DNA of 64,000 nt, from assembly GCF_003334785.1 (NCBI RefSeq), contig NZ_QOWV01000011.1; one strand, 5' to 3'. Positions within the stretch are counted from its first letter, which is position 1. Every line of letters starts with the position of its first letter. The DNA is from Escherichia coli. Its GTDB lineage: Bacteria > Pseudomonadota > Gammaproteobacteria > Enterobacterales > Enterobacteriaceae. This document shows, piece by piece, positions 31,662 through 45,843 of the stretch. Made by a program: the position numbers and the translations under genes. The notes beneath the pieces were generated by a model, which saw nothing but the letters and a program-made list of their open reading frames with translations, was not told where the DNA came from and ran no database searches.

Positions 31662-33371
31662 ATGTCTGAAGAAAAATTAGGTCAACATTATCTCGCCGCG
31701 CTGAATGAGGCATTTCCGGGCGTCGTGCTGGACCACGCCTGGCAGACCAAAGATCAGCTGACTGTCACCGTAAAGGTGAACTACCTGCCGGAAGTGGTGG
31801 AGTTTCTTTACTACAAACAGGGTGGCTGGCTGTCGGTGCTGTTTGGTAACGACGAACGCAAACTGAATGGTCATTACGCCGTTTACTACGTGCTGTCGAT
31901 GGAGAAGGGCACTAAGTGTTGGATTACGGTTCGCGTCGAAGTTGACGCCAACAAACCGGAATATCCGTCCGTGACGCCGCGCGTTCCGGCGGCGGTGTGG
32001 GGCGAGCGTGAAGTGCGCGATATGTACGGTTTGATTCCGGTTGGTCTGCCGGATGAACGTCGTCTGGTGCTGCCGGATGACTGGCCGGATGAACTTTATC
32101 CGCTGCGTAAAGACAGCATGGATTATCGTCAGCGTCCGGCACCGACCACCGATGCTGAAACCTACGAGTTCATCAACGAACTGGGCGACAAGAAAAACAA
32201 CGTCGTGCCGATTGGTCCGCTGCACGTCACTTCTGATGAACCGGGCCACTTCCGTCTGTTCGTCGATGGCGAAAACATTATCGACGCCGACTACCGTCTG
32301 TTCTACGTCCATCGCGGCATGGAAAAACTGGCGGAAACCCGTATGGGTTATAACGAAGTGACCTTCCTCTCTGACCGTGTGTGCGGGATCTGCGGCTTTG
32401 CCCACAGCAACGCCTACACCACGTCGGTGGAAAACGCGATGGGTATTCAGGTGCCAGAACGTGCGCAGATGATCCGCGCCATTCTGCTGGAGGTAGAACG
32501 CTTGCACTCGCATCTGCTCAACCTTGGCCTGGCCTGTCACTTTACCGGCTTCGACTCCGGCTTTATGCAGTTCTTCCGCGTGCGTGAAACCTCCATGAAA
32601 ATGGCAGAGATCCTTACCGGTGCGCGTAAAACCTACGGCCTGAACTTGATCGGCGGGATTCGTCGCGATCTGCTGAAAGACGACATGATCCAGACCCGCC
32701 AGCTGGCACAACAGATGCGTCGTGAAGTGCAGGAGCTGGTGGATGTGCTGCTGAGCACTCCGAACATGGAACAGCGCACTGTCGGCATTGGTCGTCTGGA
32801 CCCGGAAATCGCTCGCGACTTCAGTAACGTCGGCCCGATGGTCCGTGCCAGCGGTCACGCCCGTGATACCCGCGCCGATCACCCGTTTGTCGGCTATGGC
32901 CTGCTGCCAATGGAAGTCCACAGCGAGCAGGGCTGCGACGTTATTTCCCGTCTGAAAGTGCGTATCAACGAAGTCTATACCGCGCTGAACATGATCGACT
33001 ACGGTCTGGATAACCTGCCGGGTGGCCCACTGATGGTGGAAGGCTTTACCTACATTCCGCACCGCTTTGCGCTGGGCTTTGCCGAAGCGCCGCGCGGCGA
33101 TGATATCCACTGGAGCATGACCGGCGACAACCAGAAGCTGTACCGCTGGCGCTGCCGTGCCGCGACCTACGCGAACTGGCCGACCCTGCGCTACATGCTG
33201 CGCGGCAACACCGTTTCCGATGCGCCGCTGATTATCGGTAGCCTCGACCCTTGCTACTCCTGTACCGACCGCATGACCGTGGTCGATGTGCGTAAGAAGA
33301 AGAGCAAAGTGGTGCCGTACAAAGAACTCGAGCGTTACAGCATTGAGCGTAAAAACTCGCCGCTGAAATAA
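31662..33371 (+). CDS. hycE: Hydrogenase 3 large subunit ([NiFe] catalytic subunit), 569 aa
   Basis: Start at the ATG giving MSEEKLGQHYLAAL...; N-terminal RxCGxC and C-terminal DPCxxC Ni-Fe ligand motifs. Confidence 0.93.
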   Translation: MSEEKLGQHYLAALNEAFPGVVLDHAWQTKDQLTVTVKVNYLPEVVEFLYYKQGGWLSVLFGNDERKLNGHYAVYYVLSMEKGTKCWITVRVEVDANKPEYPSVTPRVPAAVWGEREVRDMYGLIPVGLPDERRLVLPDDWPDELYPLRKDSMDYRQRPAPTTDAETYEFINELGDKKNNVVPIGPLHVTSDEPGHFRLFVDGENIIDADYRLFYVHRGMEKLAETRMGYNEVTFLSDRVCGICGFAHSNAYTTSVENAMGIQVPERAQMIRAILLEVERLHSHLLNLGLACHFTGFDSGFMQFFRVRETSMKMAEILTGARKTYGLNLIGGIRRDLLKDDMIQTRQLAQQMRREVQELVDVLLSTPNMEQRTVGIGRLDPEIARDFSNVGPMVRASGHARDTRADHPFVGYGLLPMEVHSEQGCDVISRLKVRINEVYTALNMIDYGLDNLPGGPLMVEGFTYIPHRFALGFAEAPRGDDIHWSMTGDNQKLYRWRCRAATYANWPTLRYMLRGNTVSDAPLIIGSLDPCYSCTDRMTVVDVRKKKSKVVPYKELERYSIERKNSPLK

Positions 33372-33380
33372 GGAATCGCC

Positions 33381-33923
33381 ATGTTTACCTTTATCAAAAA
33401 AGTCATCAAAACCGGCACGGCGACCTCGTCTTATCCGCTGGAGCCGATTGCGGTTGATAAAAACTTCCGTGGTAAGCCAGAGCAGAACCCGCAGCAGTGC
33501 ATCGGCTGCGCGGCCTGCGTCAATGCCTGCCCGTCAAACGCCTTAACGGTTGAAACTGACCTCGCCACAGGAGAGCTTGCCTGGGAGTTTAATCTTGGGC
33601 ACTGCATCTTCTGTGGACGCTGCGAAGAAGTCTGCCCGACGGCGGCGATCAAACTGTCGCAAGAGTACGAACTGGCGGTGTGGAAGAAAGAAGACTTCCT
33701 GCAACAGTCCCGCTTCGCGCTGTGCAACTGCCGCGTCTGCAATCGTCCTTTCGCCGTCCAGAAAGAGATCGACTACGCCATTGCGCTGCTTAAGCACAAC
33801 GGCGACAGCCGCGCGGAAAACCACCGCGAAAGCTTTGAGACTTGCCCGGAATGTAAGCGCCAGAAATGCCTGGTGCCGTCCGACCGTATTGAACTGACTC
33901 GCCATATGAAAGAGGCCATCTGA
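33381..33923 (+). CDS. hycF: Formate hydrogenlyase subunit 6 (2x 4Fe-4S ferredoxin), 180 aa
   Basis: Two CxxCxxCxxxCP motifs. Confidence 0.93.
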   Translation: MFTFIKKVIKTGTATSSYPLEPIAVDKNFRGKPEQNPQQCIGCAACVNACPSNALTVETDLATGELAWEFNLGHCIFCGRCEEVCPTAAIKLSQEYELAVWKKEDFLQQSRFALCNCRVCNRPFAVQKEIDYAIALLKHNGDSRAENHRESFETCPECKRQKCLVPSDRIELTRHMKEAI

Positions 33924-34690
33924 TGAGCAATTTATTAGGCCCCCGTGACGCCAACGGCATTCCGGTCCCCATGACGGTGGATGAATCCATCGCCAGCATG
34001 AAGGCGTCGTTACTGAAAAAAATCAAACGTTCTGCCTATGTTTACCGCGTGGACTGCGGCGGCTGCAACGGTTGCGAAATCGAAATTTTCGCCACGCTTT
34101 CGCCGCTGTTTGATGCAGAACGCTTCGGCATTAAAGTCGTTCCTTCACCGCGTCATGCGGATATTTTACTGTTTACCGGCGCGGTCACCCGTGCAATGCG
34201 ATCCCCTGCGCTGCGTGCGTGGCAGTCCGCGCCGGACCCGAAAATTTGTATCTCCTACGGTGCCTGCGGTAACAGTGGCGGGATCTTCCACGATCTCTAC
34301 TGCGTGTGGGGCGGTACGGATAAAATTGTCCCTGTGGATGTTTATATCCCTGGCTGCCCGCCAACGCCTGCCGCCACGCTGTACGGCTTTGCAATGGCGC
34401 TCGGCCTGCTGGAGCAGAAAATTCACGCCCGTGGGCCGGGTGAACTGGATGAACAACCGGCGGAGATCCTGCATGGTGATATGGTGCAGCCGCTGCGCGT
34501 GAAAGTGGATCGCGAAGCACGTCGCCTGGCGGGTTATCGTTACGGTCGTCAGATTGCCGATGATTACCTTACACAGTTAGGGCAGGGCGAAGAACAGGTT
34601 GCACGCTGGCTGGAAGCGGAAAACGATCCGCGTCTGAACGAGATTGTCAGCCATCTGAATCATGTTGTTGAAGAGGCGCGTATCCGATGA
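33923..34690 (+). CDS. hycG: Hydrogenase 3 small subunit (NuoB-like), 255 aa
   Basis: NuoB-type Fe-S cysteine motifs (CGGCNGC ... GCPP). Confidence 0.93.
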
Positions 34691-35097
34691 GTGAAAAGGT
34701 GGTGTTCAGTCAACTGAGCCGTAAATTTATTGATGAGAACGATGCCACGCCCGCCGAGGCGCAGCAGGTGGTCTATTACAGCCTGGCGATTGGTCACCAC
34801 CTTGGGGTTATCGATTGCCTGGAAGCGGCGCTCACCTGCCCGTGGGATGAATATCTGGCATGGATTGCCACTCTGGAGGCAGGCAGTGAAGCCCGCCGCA
34901 AAATGGAAGGCGTGCCGAAATATGGTGAGATCGTCATCGACATTAACCATGTGCCGATGCTGGCCAACGCATTCGATAAAGCCCGGGCAGCGCAAACTTC
35001 GCAGCAGCAGGAATGGAGTACAATGCTGTTAAGTATGCTGCATGATATTCATCAGGAAAACGCCATCTATTTGATGGTGAGGAGACTGCGTGACTGA
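34687..35097 (+). CDS. hycH: Formate hydrogenlyase maturation protein HycH, 136 aa
   Basis: Translation [40 protein letters not shown]... Confidence 0.92.
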   Translation: MSEKVVFSQLSRKFIDENDATPAEAQQVVYYSLAIGHHLGVIDCLEAALTCPWDEYLAWIATLEAGSEARRKMEGVPKYGEIVIDINHVPMLANAFDKARAAQTSQQQEWSTMLLSMLHDIHQENAIYLMVRRLRD

Positions 35098-35560
35098 CGT
35101 TTTACTCTGTGTTGGCAATAGCATGATGGGCGATGATGGCGCAGGTCCGCTGCTGGCGGAAAAGTGCGCCGCCGCGCCGAAAGGTAACTGGGTGGTGATT
35201 GACGGCGGTAGCGCACCGGAAAACGACATCGTCGCTATCCGTGAACTGCGCCCGACACGACTGCTGATTGTCGACGCCACGGATATGGGGCTAAACCCCG
35301 GCGAGATCCGCATCATCGACCCGGATGATATCGCCGAGATGTTTATGATGACTACCCATAACATGCCGTTGAATTACCTTATCGACCAGTTGAAAGAAGA
35401 TATTGGCGAAGTGATTTTCCTCGGCATTCAGCCGGATATCGTCGGCTTTTACTACCCGATGACCCAGCCGATTAAAGATGCGGTAGAAACCGTTTATCAA
35501 CGACTGGAAGGCTGGGAAGGAAATGGCGGCTTCGCGCAGTTAGCGGTGGAAGAAGAGTAG
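35090..35560 (+). CDS. hycI: Hydrogenase 3 maturation endopeptidase HycI, 156 aa, GTG start
   Basis: Translation [25 protein letters not shown]...; overlaps the hycH end. Confidence 0.92.
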   Translation: MTDVLLCVGNSMMGDDGAGPLLAEKCAAAPKGNWVVIDGGSAPENDIVAIRELRPTRLLIVDATDMGLNPGEIRIIDPDDIAEMFMMTTHNMPLNYLIDQLKEDIGEVIFLGIQPDIVGFYYPMTQPIKDAVETVYQRLEGWEGNGGFAQLAVEEE

Positions 35561-35630
35561 TTTTTCATTAAGGAATCAGGACAGGGATGTTCTTGATGGG
35601 GTGAACCAGCTCTGATGCCAAATGCTAAAT

Positions 35631-35710
35631 TGCCCGATGCGCTGCGCTTATCGGGCCTTCATGGTTCGTGCGACATGTAGGCCGGATAAGGCGTTCACGC
35701 CGCATCCGGC
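35631..35710. repeat. REP/BIME-type palindromic units between convergent hycI and ascB
   Basis: TGCCCGATGCGCTGCGCTTATCGGGCC and GCCGGATAAGGCGTTCACGCCGCATCCGGC, typical enterobacterial REP palindromes. Confidence 0.75.
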
Positions 35711-35718
35711 ACTGTTAC

Positions 35719-38609
<2,891 letters not shown>

Positions 38610-38865
38610 CGGATTTTATCCTGTTATCAGTAGGGTAGATGTAGTTGTTATCAGTCGACGTGACGGAAAAATGCCGATGCTGAAACGGAATTAAGAAACC
38701 GGTTTCACAAAATCATGAATAGTTGTCACTAAATAAGCAAGAGAGTGAATTGTTCATTTTTTATATTTGTGAAACCGGTCACCTGAATATTTTTCCCGCC
38801 GATTGTGCAAGGACAATCGGCAAACGGTGCAGTACACTGCGTTGATTGCGTGTAAAGGGATGAAA

Positions 38866-39879
38866 ATGATGACGACGATGCTGGAAGTGGCGAAGCGCGC
38901 CGGGGTTTCAAAAGCGACCGTTTCCCGCGTGCTTTCAGGTAATGGCTACGTCAGCCAGGAGACTAAAGATCGCGTGTTTCAGGCGGTAGAAGAGAGCGGT
39001 TACCGTCCAAACTTGCTGGCGCGCAATCTGTCGGCGAAGAGTACTCAGACGCTGGGGCTGGTAGTGACCAACACGCTTTACCACGGCATTTATTTTAGTG
39101 AATTACTCTTTCATGCCGCGCGAATGGCGGAAGAGAAAGGGCGGCAGTTGCTATTGGCAGATGGTAAACACAGCGCAGAAGAAGAGCGCCAGGCGATTCA
39201 GTATCTGCTGGATCTGCGCTGCGACGCGATCATGATTTACCCGCGTTTTTTAAGCGTGGATGAGATCGATGACATCATTGACGCGCACAGTCAGCCGATA
39301 ATGGTGCTTAATCGCCGCCTGCGCAAAAACAGCAGCCATAGCGTCTGGTGCGATCATAAACAGACCAGTTTTAACGCCGTGGCAGAGTTGATAAACGCCG
39401 GGCATCAGGAGATTGCTTTCCTTACCGGCTCGATGGATTCCCCCACCAGCATTGAACGTCTTGCCGGGTATAAAGACGCGCTGGCGCAGCATGGTATTGC
39501 GCTCAATGAAAAACTTATCGCTAACGGTAAATGGACGCCTGCCAGCGGGGCCGAAGGGGTAGAAATGTTGCTCGAACGTGGGGCTAAATTTAGCGCGTTA
39601 GTTGCCAGTAACGACGATATGGCGATAGGTGCGATGAAAGCGTTACACGAGCGCGGCGTAGCGGTGCCAGAGCAGGTGTCAGTTATCGGATTCGATGATA
39701 TCGCTATTGCCCCCTACACCGTTCCGGCGCTCTCCAGCGTAAAAATTCCGGTGACTGAGATGATTCAGGAAATTATTGGACGGCTGATTTTTATGCTCGA
39801 TGGCGGGGATTTCTCACCGCCGAAAACCTTCAGCGGAAAACTGATCCGCCGCGACTCACTCATTGCTCCTTCGCGATAA
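38866..39879 (+). CDS. ascG: LacI/GalR-family repressor of the asc operon, about 337 aa (start approximate: 38860, 38866 or 38869)
   Basis: HTH MTTMLEVAKRAGVSKATVSRVLSG plus periplasmic-binding-like domain; ORF-track start at 38803 lacks an RBS. Confidence 0.88.
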   Translation: MMTTMLEVAKRAGVSKATVSRVLSGNGYVSQETKDRVFQAVEESGYRPNLLARNLSAKSTQTLGLVVTNTLYHGIYFSELLFHAARMAEEKGRQLLLADGKHSAEEERQAIQYLLDLRCDAIMIYPRFLSVDEIDDIIDAHSQPIMVLNRRLRKNSSHSVWCDHKQTSFNAVAELINAGHQEIAFLTGSMDSPTSIERLAGYKDALAQHGIALNEKLIANGKWTPASGAEGVEMLLERGAKFSALVASNDDMAIGAMKALHERGVAVPEQVSVIGFDDIAIAPYTVPALSSVKIPVTEMIQEIIGRLIFMLDGGDFSPPKTFSGKLIRRDSLIAPSR

Positions 39880-40027
39880 ACATTGTCATCACATGTCATC
39901 GTCACTAGTGTCGATGACATCGTTTTTCCTGCATTACAGAAATTAATTTCCTTAAATAACAGTAAATTAAAAACTGGCATGATTTGTGAATGTATCGGCG
40001 CATTAACTGTCATTGCTGGAGAATTTG

Positions 40028-40555
40028 ATGAACCGTTTCATCATTGCTGACGCGAGTAAATGTATTGGTTGCCGTACCTGTGAAGTAGCGTGCGTGGTTT
40101 CTCATCAGGAAAATCAGGACTGTGCATCGCTGACCCCGGAAACTTTTTTACCGCGTATCCATGTCATTAAAGGTGTGAACATTTCCACGGCGACAGTTTG
40201 CCGTCAGTGTGAAGATGCACCGTGCGCTAACGTCTGCCCGAATGGTGCTATCAGCCGTGATAAAGGGTTTGTTCATGTGATGCAGGAACGTTGCATTGGT
40301 TGCAAAACCTGCGTTGTGGCTTGCCCGTATGGTGCGATGGAAGTGGTGGTACGTCCGGTGATCCGCAACAGCGGCGCGGGTCTGAATGTACGGGCTGACA
40401 AAGCCGAAGCCAATAAATGCGACCTGTGCAACCATCGTGAAGACGGCCCGGCGTGTATGGCGGCTTGCCCGACTCATGCGCTGATTTGTGTCGATCGTAA
40501 TAAACTTGAACAACTGAGCGCAGAAAAACGCCGCCGTACGGCGCTGATGTTCTAA
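40028..40555 (+). CDS. hydN: Electron transport protein HydN (4Fe-4S ferredoxin-type), 175 aa
   Basis: Start at the ATG giving [22 protein letters not shown]...; four Fe-S cluster motifs. Confidence 0.92.
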
Positions 40556-40707
40556 AAATCTTACAGAACTGTTCTGGCATCAAAGGAATTCCCGGAAATA
40601 TTCGTAGAATACGGAGCGGGCGGTATCGCCGACCTGTGACTGCCGGATGCGACGCTGTCGTGTCCGGCAGGGCGGGTTACGCAATTCATGATGGCGGGAA
40701 TAACTCA

Positions 40708-42960
40708 ATGGCAAAAAACACATCTTGCGGTGTCCAACTGCGTATTCGTGGCAAAGTGCAGGGCGTCGGTTTTCGTCCGTTTGTCTGGCAGCTGGCACAG
40801 CAATTAAATCTTCACGGCGATGTCTGTAATGACGGCGATGGCGTAGAAGTCCGGCTGCGGGAAGACCCGGAAACGTTTCTTGTTCAATTGTATCAGCACT
40901 GCCCGCCGCTGGCGCGTATTGATAGCGTCGAGCGTGAGCCGTTTATCTGGTCACAACTGCCCACCGAGTTCACTATACGCCAGAGCACAGGCGGCACCAT
41001 GAATACGCAAATTGTTCCCGATGCCGCTACTTGCCCTGCTTGCCTTGCCGAAATGAATACCCCAGGCGAACGGCGTTATCGTTATCCGTTTATCAACTGT
41101 ACCCACTGCGGCCCGCGTTTCACCATTATTCGCGCCATGCCTTACGACCGCCCGTTTACCGTGATGGCGGCGTTTCCGCTATGTCCGGCCTGTGACAAAG
41201 AGTACCGTGACCCGCTCGATCGTCGCTTCCACGCCCAGCCGGTGGCCTGCCCGGAGTGTGGCCCGCATCTTGAATGGGTAAGTCATGGTGAACATGCGGA
41301 ACAAGAGGCGGCATTACAGGCAGCTATCGCACAGTTAAAAATGGGCAAAATTGTCGCCATCAAAGGGATTGGCGGATTTCATCTTGCCTGCGATGCACGT
41401 AACAGTAACGCGGTGGCGACACTTCGGGCGCGCAAACATCGCCCGGCGAAACCGCTGGCGGTCATGTTGCCAGTGGCTGACGGTTTACCAGACGCTGCGC
41501 GCCAGTTGCTTACCACGCCCGCCGCGCCGATTGTGCTGGTGGATAAAAAATACGTTCCTGAGCTTTGTGATGATATCGCCCCTGACCTTAACGAAGTCGG
41601 GGTAATGTTGCCTGCGAACCCGCTCCAGCATTTGCTGTTACAGGAACTGCAATGCCCGCTGGTGATGACCTCCGGCAACCTGAGCGGTAAACCACCAGCT
41701 ATCAGCAACGAACAGGCGCTGGCGGATTTGCAGGGCATTGCCGACGGATTCTTGATACATAACCGCGACATCGTGCAGCGGATGGATGATTCGGTGGTGC
41801 GCGAAAGCGGCGAAATGCTGCGCCGTTCGCGGGGGTATGTGCCGGATGCGCTGGCTTTGCCTCCGGGCTTTAAAAATGTTCCGCCTGTGCTGTGTCTCGG
41901 CGCGGATCTGAAAAATACCTTCTGCCTGGTGCGCGGTGAACAAGCGGTGTTGAGTCAGCATCTGGGCGATTTAAGTGACGATGGCATCCAGATGCAGTGG
42001 CGCGAAGCGTTACGCCTGATGCAAAACATCTACGATTTTACCCCGCAATACGTTGTGCATGACGCGCATCCGGGCTATGTCTCCAGCCAGTGGGCGCGTG
42101 AAATGAATCTGCCGACGCAAACGGTACTGCATCATCATGCCCATGCAGCGGCGTGTCTGGCAGAGCATCAGTGGCCGCTGGATGGCGGTGATGTCATTGC
42201 TTTGACGCTCGACGGTATCGGTATGGGGGAGAACGGCGCTTTGTGGGGCGGCGAGTGCCTGCGGGTGAACTATCGCGAATGTGAGCACCTGGGCGGCTTG
42301 CCTGCAGTGGCGCTTCCGGGTGGCGATTTGGCAGCGAAGCAGCCGTGGCGAAACCTGCTGGCGCAGTGCCTGCGCTTTGTGCCGGAGTGGCAGAATTACT
42401 CTGAAACAGCAAGTGTGCAACAGCAAAACTGGAGCGTGCTGGCGCGGGCCATTGAGCGTGGAATTAACGCGCCGCTGGCGTCATCGTGTGGGCGTTTTTT
42501 CGATGCAGTGGCGGCGGCACTGGGCTGTGCGCCAGCCACGTTAAGTTATGAAGGTGAAGCGGCTTGTGCTCTGGAGGCGCTCGCAGCCTCATGCCACGGA
42601 GTGACGCATCCGGTGACAATGCCGCGGGTGGACAATCAACTGGATCTCGCCACTTTCTGGCAGCAGTGGCTGAACTGGCAGGCACCGGTTAATCAACGCG
42701 CGTGGGCGTTTCATGATGCGCTGGCGCAGGGTTTTGCCGCGTTGATGCGTGAGCAGGCCACGATGCGTGGTATCACTACGCTGGTATTTAGCGGCGGGGT
42801 TATTCATAACCGTTTGCTGCGTGCACGTCTGGCGCATTATCTCGCTGATTTCACATTGCTCTTTCCACAGAGTTTACCGGCGGGTGATGGCGGTTTGTCT
42901 CTGGGGCAGGGGGTTATTGCTGCGGCGCGTTGGTTAGCGGGTGAAGTCCAGAACGGATAA
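40708..42960 (+). CDS. hypF: Carbamoyltransferase HypF ([NiFe]-hydrogenase maturation), 750 aa
   Basis: Start at the ATG giving [24 protein letters not shown]... (acylphosphatase domain); two Zn-finger CxxC pairs; YrdC and Kae1-like domains. Confidence 0.93.
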
Positions 42961-42984
42961 AACGTGTTGCATTTGGACACCATT

Positions 42985-43067
<83 letters not shown>

Positions 43068-43087
43068 TTTTAGGCACAGTAGCCCAC

Positions 43088-44221
43088 CTACATCGGCAAT
43101 GTTTTCAACAATCCAAATGCCTCTTTCATCCGATCCTCACTGACCACAAAGGCGCGAAGCTGGTCAGCATCGTCAACGCCGCGCGCCACCATTCCCTGGC
43201 GTTCGGTATTAATTTGCCAGCGTAAATCCTGACGCTGGGTTTCGCCTGCCAGATGCAGCGGTAATTCCGGCGTTTTGATTTTCACCAGCATCGCCGGGAG
43301 TTTCAGCGGCGTGTTATTGCCGAGAAGATTTTTTGCCAGCACCATCGCGCTAAGTTGAATCGGCTGGAGGAACGGCAATACCTGACCGTTAATTTCCGCG
43401 CAATCGCCCAGCGCGTAAATATCGGTATTACTGGTTTGCAGATAACTATCGACGCAAACGCCGCGATTAATCGTCAGCCCGGCGCGTCGTGCCAGGGCGG
43501 TTTCCGGGCGCAGTCCGGTGGCGGCAATTACCGCATCCACTTCGATGCTACGCTGGCGGTCCAGCGTTGCCAGAATGCCAGAATCCGTTTTTTCCAGCCC
43601 CTGCAACTGAGATTTCAACAGCAGATGAACACCCATCTCCGTCAACCGATGCTGCAAGCGGCTGCTTACTTCCGGTGGCATTAACGACGCCAGAATACTG
43701 GCAGCGTTGTCGATTAGCGTGACCGCTTTGCCTGCACGACAAAAATCCATCGCCAGTTCGCTACCAATCAAACCACCGCCAACAATCAACACGCGTCGGG
43801 CATCCCGCAGTTGCGTTTCACAGGCGCGATACTCTTGCTGACTATTTAACGTCAGCATTAACTCACGCCCAGGCACAGGCGGGACAAAGGCGCTGGCACC
43901 GGTTGCCAGCACTAACTTGTCGTATTGCCACTGATTATTCTGGCTTTTCACCACATGGGCTTCGGCATCGATATCCGTCACCCAGGTGTGCGGAAACAGG
44001 CGCAGATTAAACTGCTCGGCAAATTCACCCGCCGTCTGGCGGGTAAGGTCGTCGGCACGTTGCCCCTGACTGATAACATGGCTGAGGTCAGGTTTGTTGT
44101 ACTCATCTATGCTGTCGGCGGCAATCAAGGTTAATGGAATAGTGGCGTCCTGTTTGCGAATATTTTTCACCAGTTGTCGGGCGGCGAAGCCCGAACCAAT
44201 GATCACAATGCCGTTGCTCAT
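43088..44221 (-). CDS. norW: NADH:flavorubredoxin oxidoreductase, 377 aa
   Basis: FAD/NAD Rossmann motifs GSGFAA and GGGLIG. Confidence 0.93.
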   Translation of the reverse strand: MSNGIVIIGSGFAARQLVKNIRKQDATIPLTLIAADSIDEYNKPDLSHVISQGQRADDLTRQTAGEFAEQFNLRLFPHTWVTDIDAEAHVVKSQNNQWQYDKLVLATGASAFVPPVPGRELMLTLNSQQEYRACETQLRDARRVLIVGGGLIGSELAMDFCRAGKAVTLIDNAASILASLMPPEVSSRLQHRLTEMGVHLLLKSQLQGLEKTDSGILATLDRQRSIEVDAVIAATGLRPETALARRAGLTINRGVCVDSYLQTSNTDIYALGDCAEINGQVLPFLQPIQLSAMVLAKNLLGNNTPLKLPAMLVKIKTPELPLHLAGETQRQDLRWQINTERQGMVARGVDDADQLRAFVVSEDRMKEAFGLLKTLPM

Positions 44222-45657
44222 TTTGCCTCCGATGCCAGTTCGTCAAAGACGTCTTTGCCGAGGGAGCATTCCGGGCACAGGAAGTTATCCGGGACTTCAC
44301 TCCACGGCGTTCCTGGTGCAACGTCCTGCATTGGCTCGCCTTTTGCCGGATCGTAAATCCACCGGCAGACGCTGCACTGCATCCGTGGGCCGAGGTCAGC
44401 CGTCGTGGCGGCAGAGGTTTCTTCTTTAACTACCGTATTCACCGTGCTCTGCGGCAGCGGCGCGAGCGCCCACTGACGGGCGATTTCGCGACCGTGTTCA
44501 CGGCATAACTCCAGAGCGTCCTGGTCTGGTCGCCATTTGGCTTTCAGGCTGAGCGACATTTCGAAACCCGCATCCTGCAGGCGCGTGGAAAGACGATCCA
44601 CCGCACCGCCGCTCCAGCCGTGAGAGCCGAAAGCACTGGCGCGTTTGTTACGGAAGCGTAAACCAGTCATCTCCTCCACCAGCCCGGCGATTTTCGGCAT
44701 CATCACGTTATTCATCGTCGAAGTGCCGACCAGCACGCCTTTTGAGCGGAAGACATTGGTCAGGATTTCGTTTTTATCGCTTCGGGCGACGTTGAAAATT
44801 TTCACCGCCACGCGTGGGTCGGTTTCCGCAATCCCCTGGGCGATAGCGTCAGCCATCATGCGGGTGTTATTCGACATGGTGTCGTAGAAAATGGTGATTC
44901 TGTCTTCCTGATAATCAGCCGCCCATTTCAGGTACAGCTCGACAATTTGCGTCGGGTTATCGCGCCAGACCACGCCGTGGGAGGTCGCTATCATATCGAC
45001 TGGTAAGTTAAAGCCCAGGATCTCGGTAATTTTCGGCGTTACCAGGCGGCTGAACGGCGTCAGGATATTGGCGTAGTAACGCTGGCACTGCTCGAAAAGC
45101 TCCGTCTGATCCACTTCATCGTTGAACAGATGCTCGTCACAGTAGTGCTGACCGAAAGCATCGTTACTGAACAGCACCGCGTCGCCTGTCAGGTAAGTCA
45201 TCATGCTGTCCGGCCAGTGCAGCATTGGTGTTTCGACAAAAATGAGCTGTTTGCCGTTGCCGATATCCAGCGTGTCGCCAGTTTTCACCACATTAAAATT
45301 CCACTCCGGATGATGGTGATGACCATTTATCGAGTCGATAGCGTTGGCAGTACAGTAGATCGGCGTATCGGGAATTTGTGCCATCAGTTCGGTCAGCGCC
45401 CCAGCGTGGTCCTCTTCTGCATGGTTAATCACGATGTAATCGATATCCGCCAGATCGATTTCATTACGCAGGTTCTGCACAAATTCGCGGCTGAATTTAT
45501 GGTCGACGGTGTCGATCAGCACGTTTTTTTCTTCGCGGATGAGGTAGCTATTGTAGCTGCTGCCGCGCAGCGTTTTATATTCCGTGCCGTGAAAATCACG
45601 CACTTCCCAGTCACGTTGACCAACCCAATGAATGTTATTTTTCACCACAATAGACAT
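44218..45657 (-). CDS. norV: Anaerobic nitric oxide reductase flavorubredoxin, 479 aa
   Basis: Metallo-beta-lactamase, flavodoxin and C-terminal rubredoxin (CSVCRW...CPEC) domains. Confidence 0.94.
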   Translation of the reverse strand: MSIVVKNNIHWVGQRDWEVRDFHGTEYKTLRGSSYNSYLIREEKNVLIDTVDHKFSREFVQNLRNEIDLADIDYIVINHAEEDHAGALTELMAQIPDTPIYCTANAIDSINGHHHHPEWNFNVVKTGDTLDIGNGKQLIFVETPMLHWPDSMMTYLTGDAVLFSNDAFGQHYCDEHLFNDEVDQTELFEQCQRYYANILTPFSRLVTPKITEILGFNLPVDMIATSHGVVWRDNPTQIVELYLKWAADYQEDRITIFYDTMSNNTRMMADAIAQGIAETDPRVAVKIFNVARSDKNEILTNVFRSKGVLVGTSTMNNVMMPKIAGLVEEMTGLRFRNKRASAFGSHGWSGGAVDRLSTRLQDAGFEMSLSLKAKWRPDQDALELCREHGREIARQWALAPLPQSTVNTVVKEETSAATTADLGPRMQCSVCRWIYDPAKGEPMQDVAPGTPWSEVPDNFLCPECSLGKDVFDELASEAK

Positions 45658-45703
45658 AGCAACCTCAATTTATTCAGCGTGTTCTAAAAAGATGTCTTGC
45701 TAA

Positions 45704-45719
45704 TTGCAGATTGCGTGCC
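45704..45719 (-). promoter_or_regulatory. sigma54 promoter for norVW: TGGCACGCAATCTGCA on the minus strand
   Basis: GG-N10-GC with TGGCAC and CTGCA elements, about 45 nt upstream of the norV start. Confidence 0.75.
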
Positions 45720-45775
45720 AGTTTTTTATCTGATTGTTTTTACTCTATAAATAAAATTATGCCCATTAATGAGTA

Positions 45776-45831
45776 GTCAAAATGACTATCAATCAAATGG
45801 TCGATATGACAATATCTATAGTCAAATTGAC
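45776..45831. promoter_or_regulatory. Three NorR enhancer sites, GT-N7-AC inverted repeats (GTCAAAATGAC, GTCGATATGAC, GTCAAATTGAC)
   Basis: Three evenly spaced GT-N7-AC palindromes at 45776, 45800 and 45821, upstream of norV and immediately upstream of the norR start. Confidence 0.75.
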
Positions 45832-45843
45832 AGTGAGGCAAAG

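Noticed and set aside
31677-33110. 477-aa ORF antisense to hycE
   Set aside because: Fully embedded antisense to the recognisable hydrogenase 3 large-subunit gene, with no RBS or recognisable domains.
39975-39990. sigma54 promoter call upstream of hydN (TGGCATGATTTGTGAA)
   Set aside because: Good -24 TGGCA element but the -12 position lacks the conserved GC, so I did not list it as a feature; it is kept as a hypothesis in the findings.
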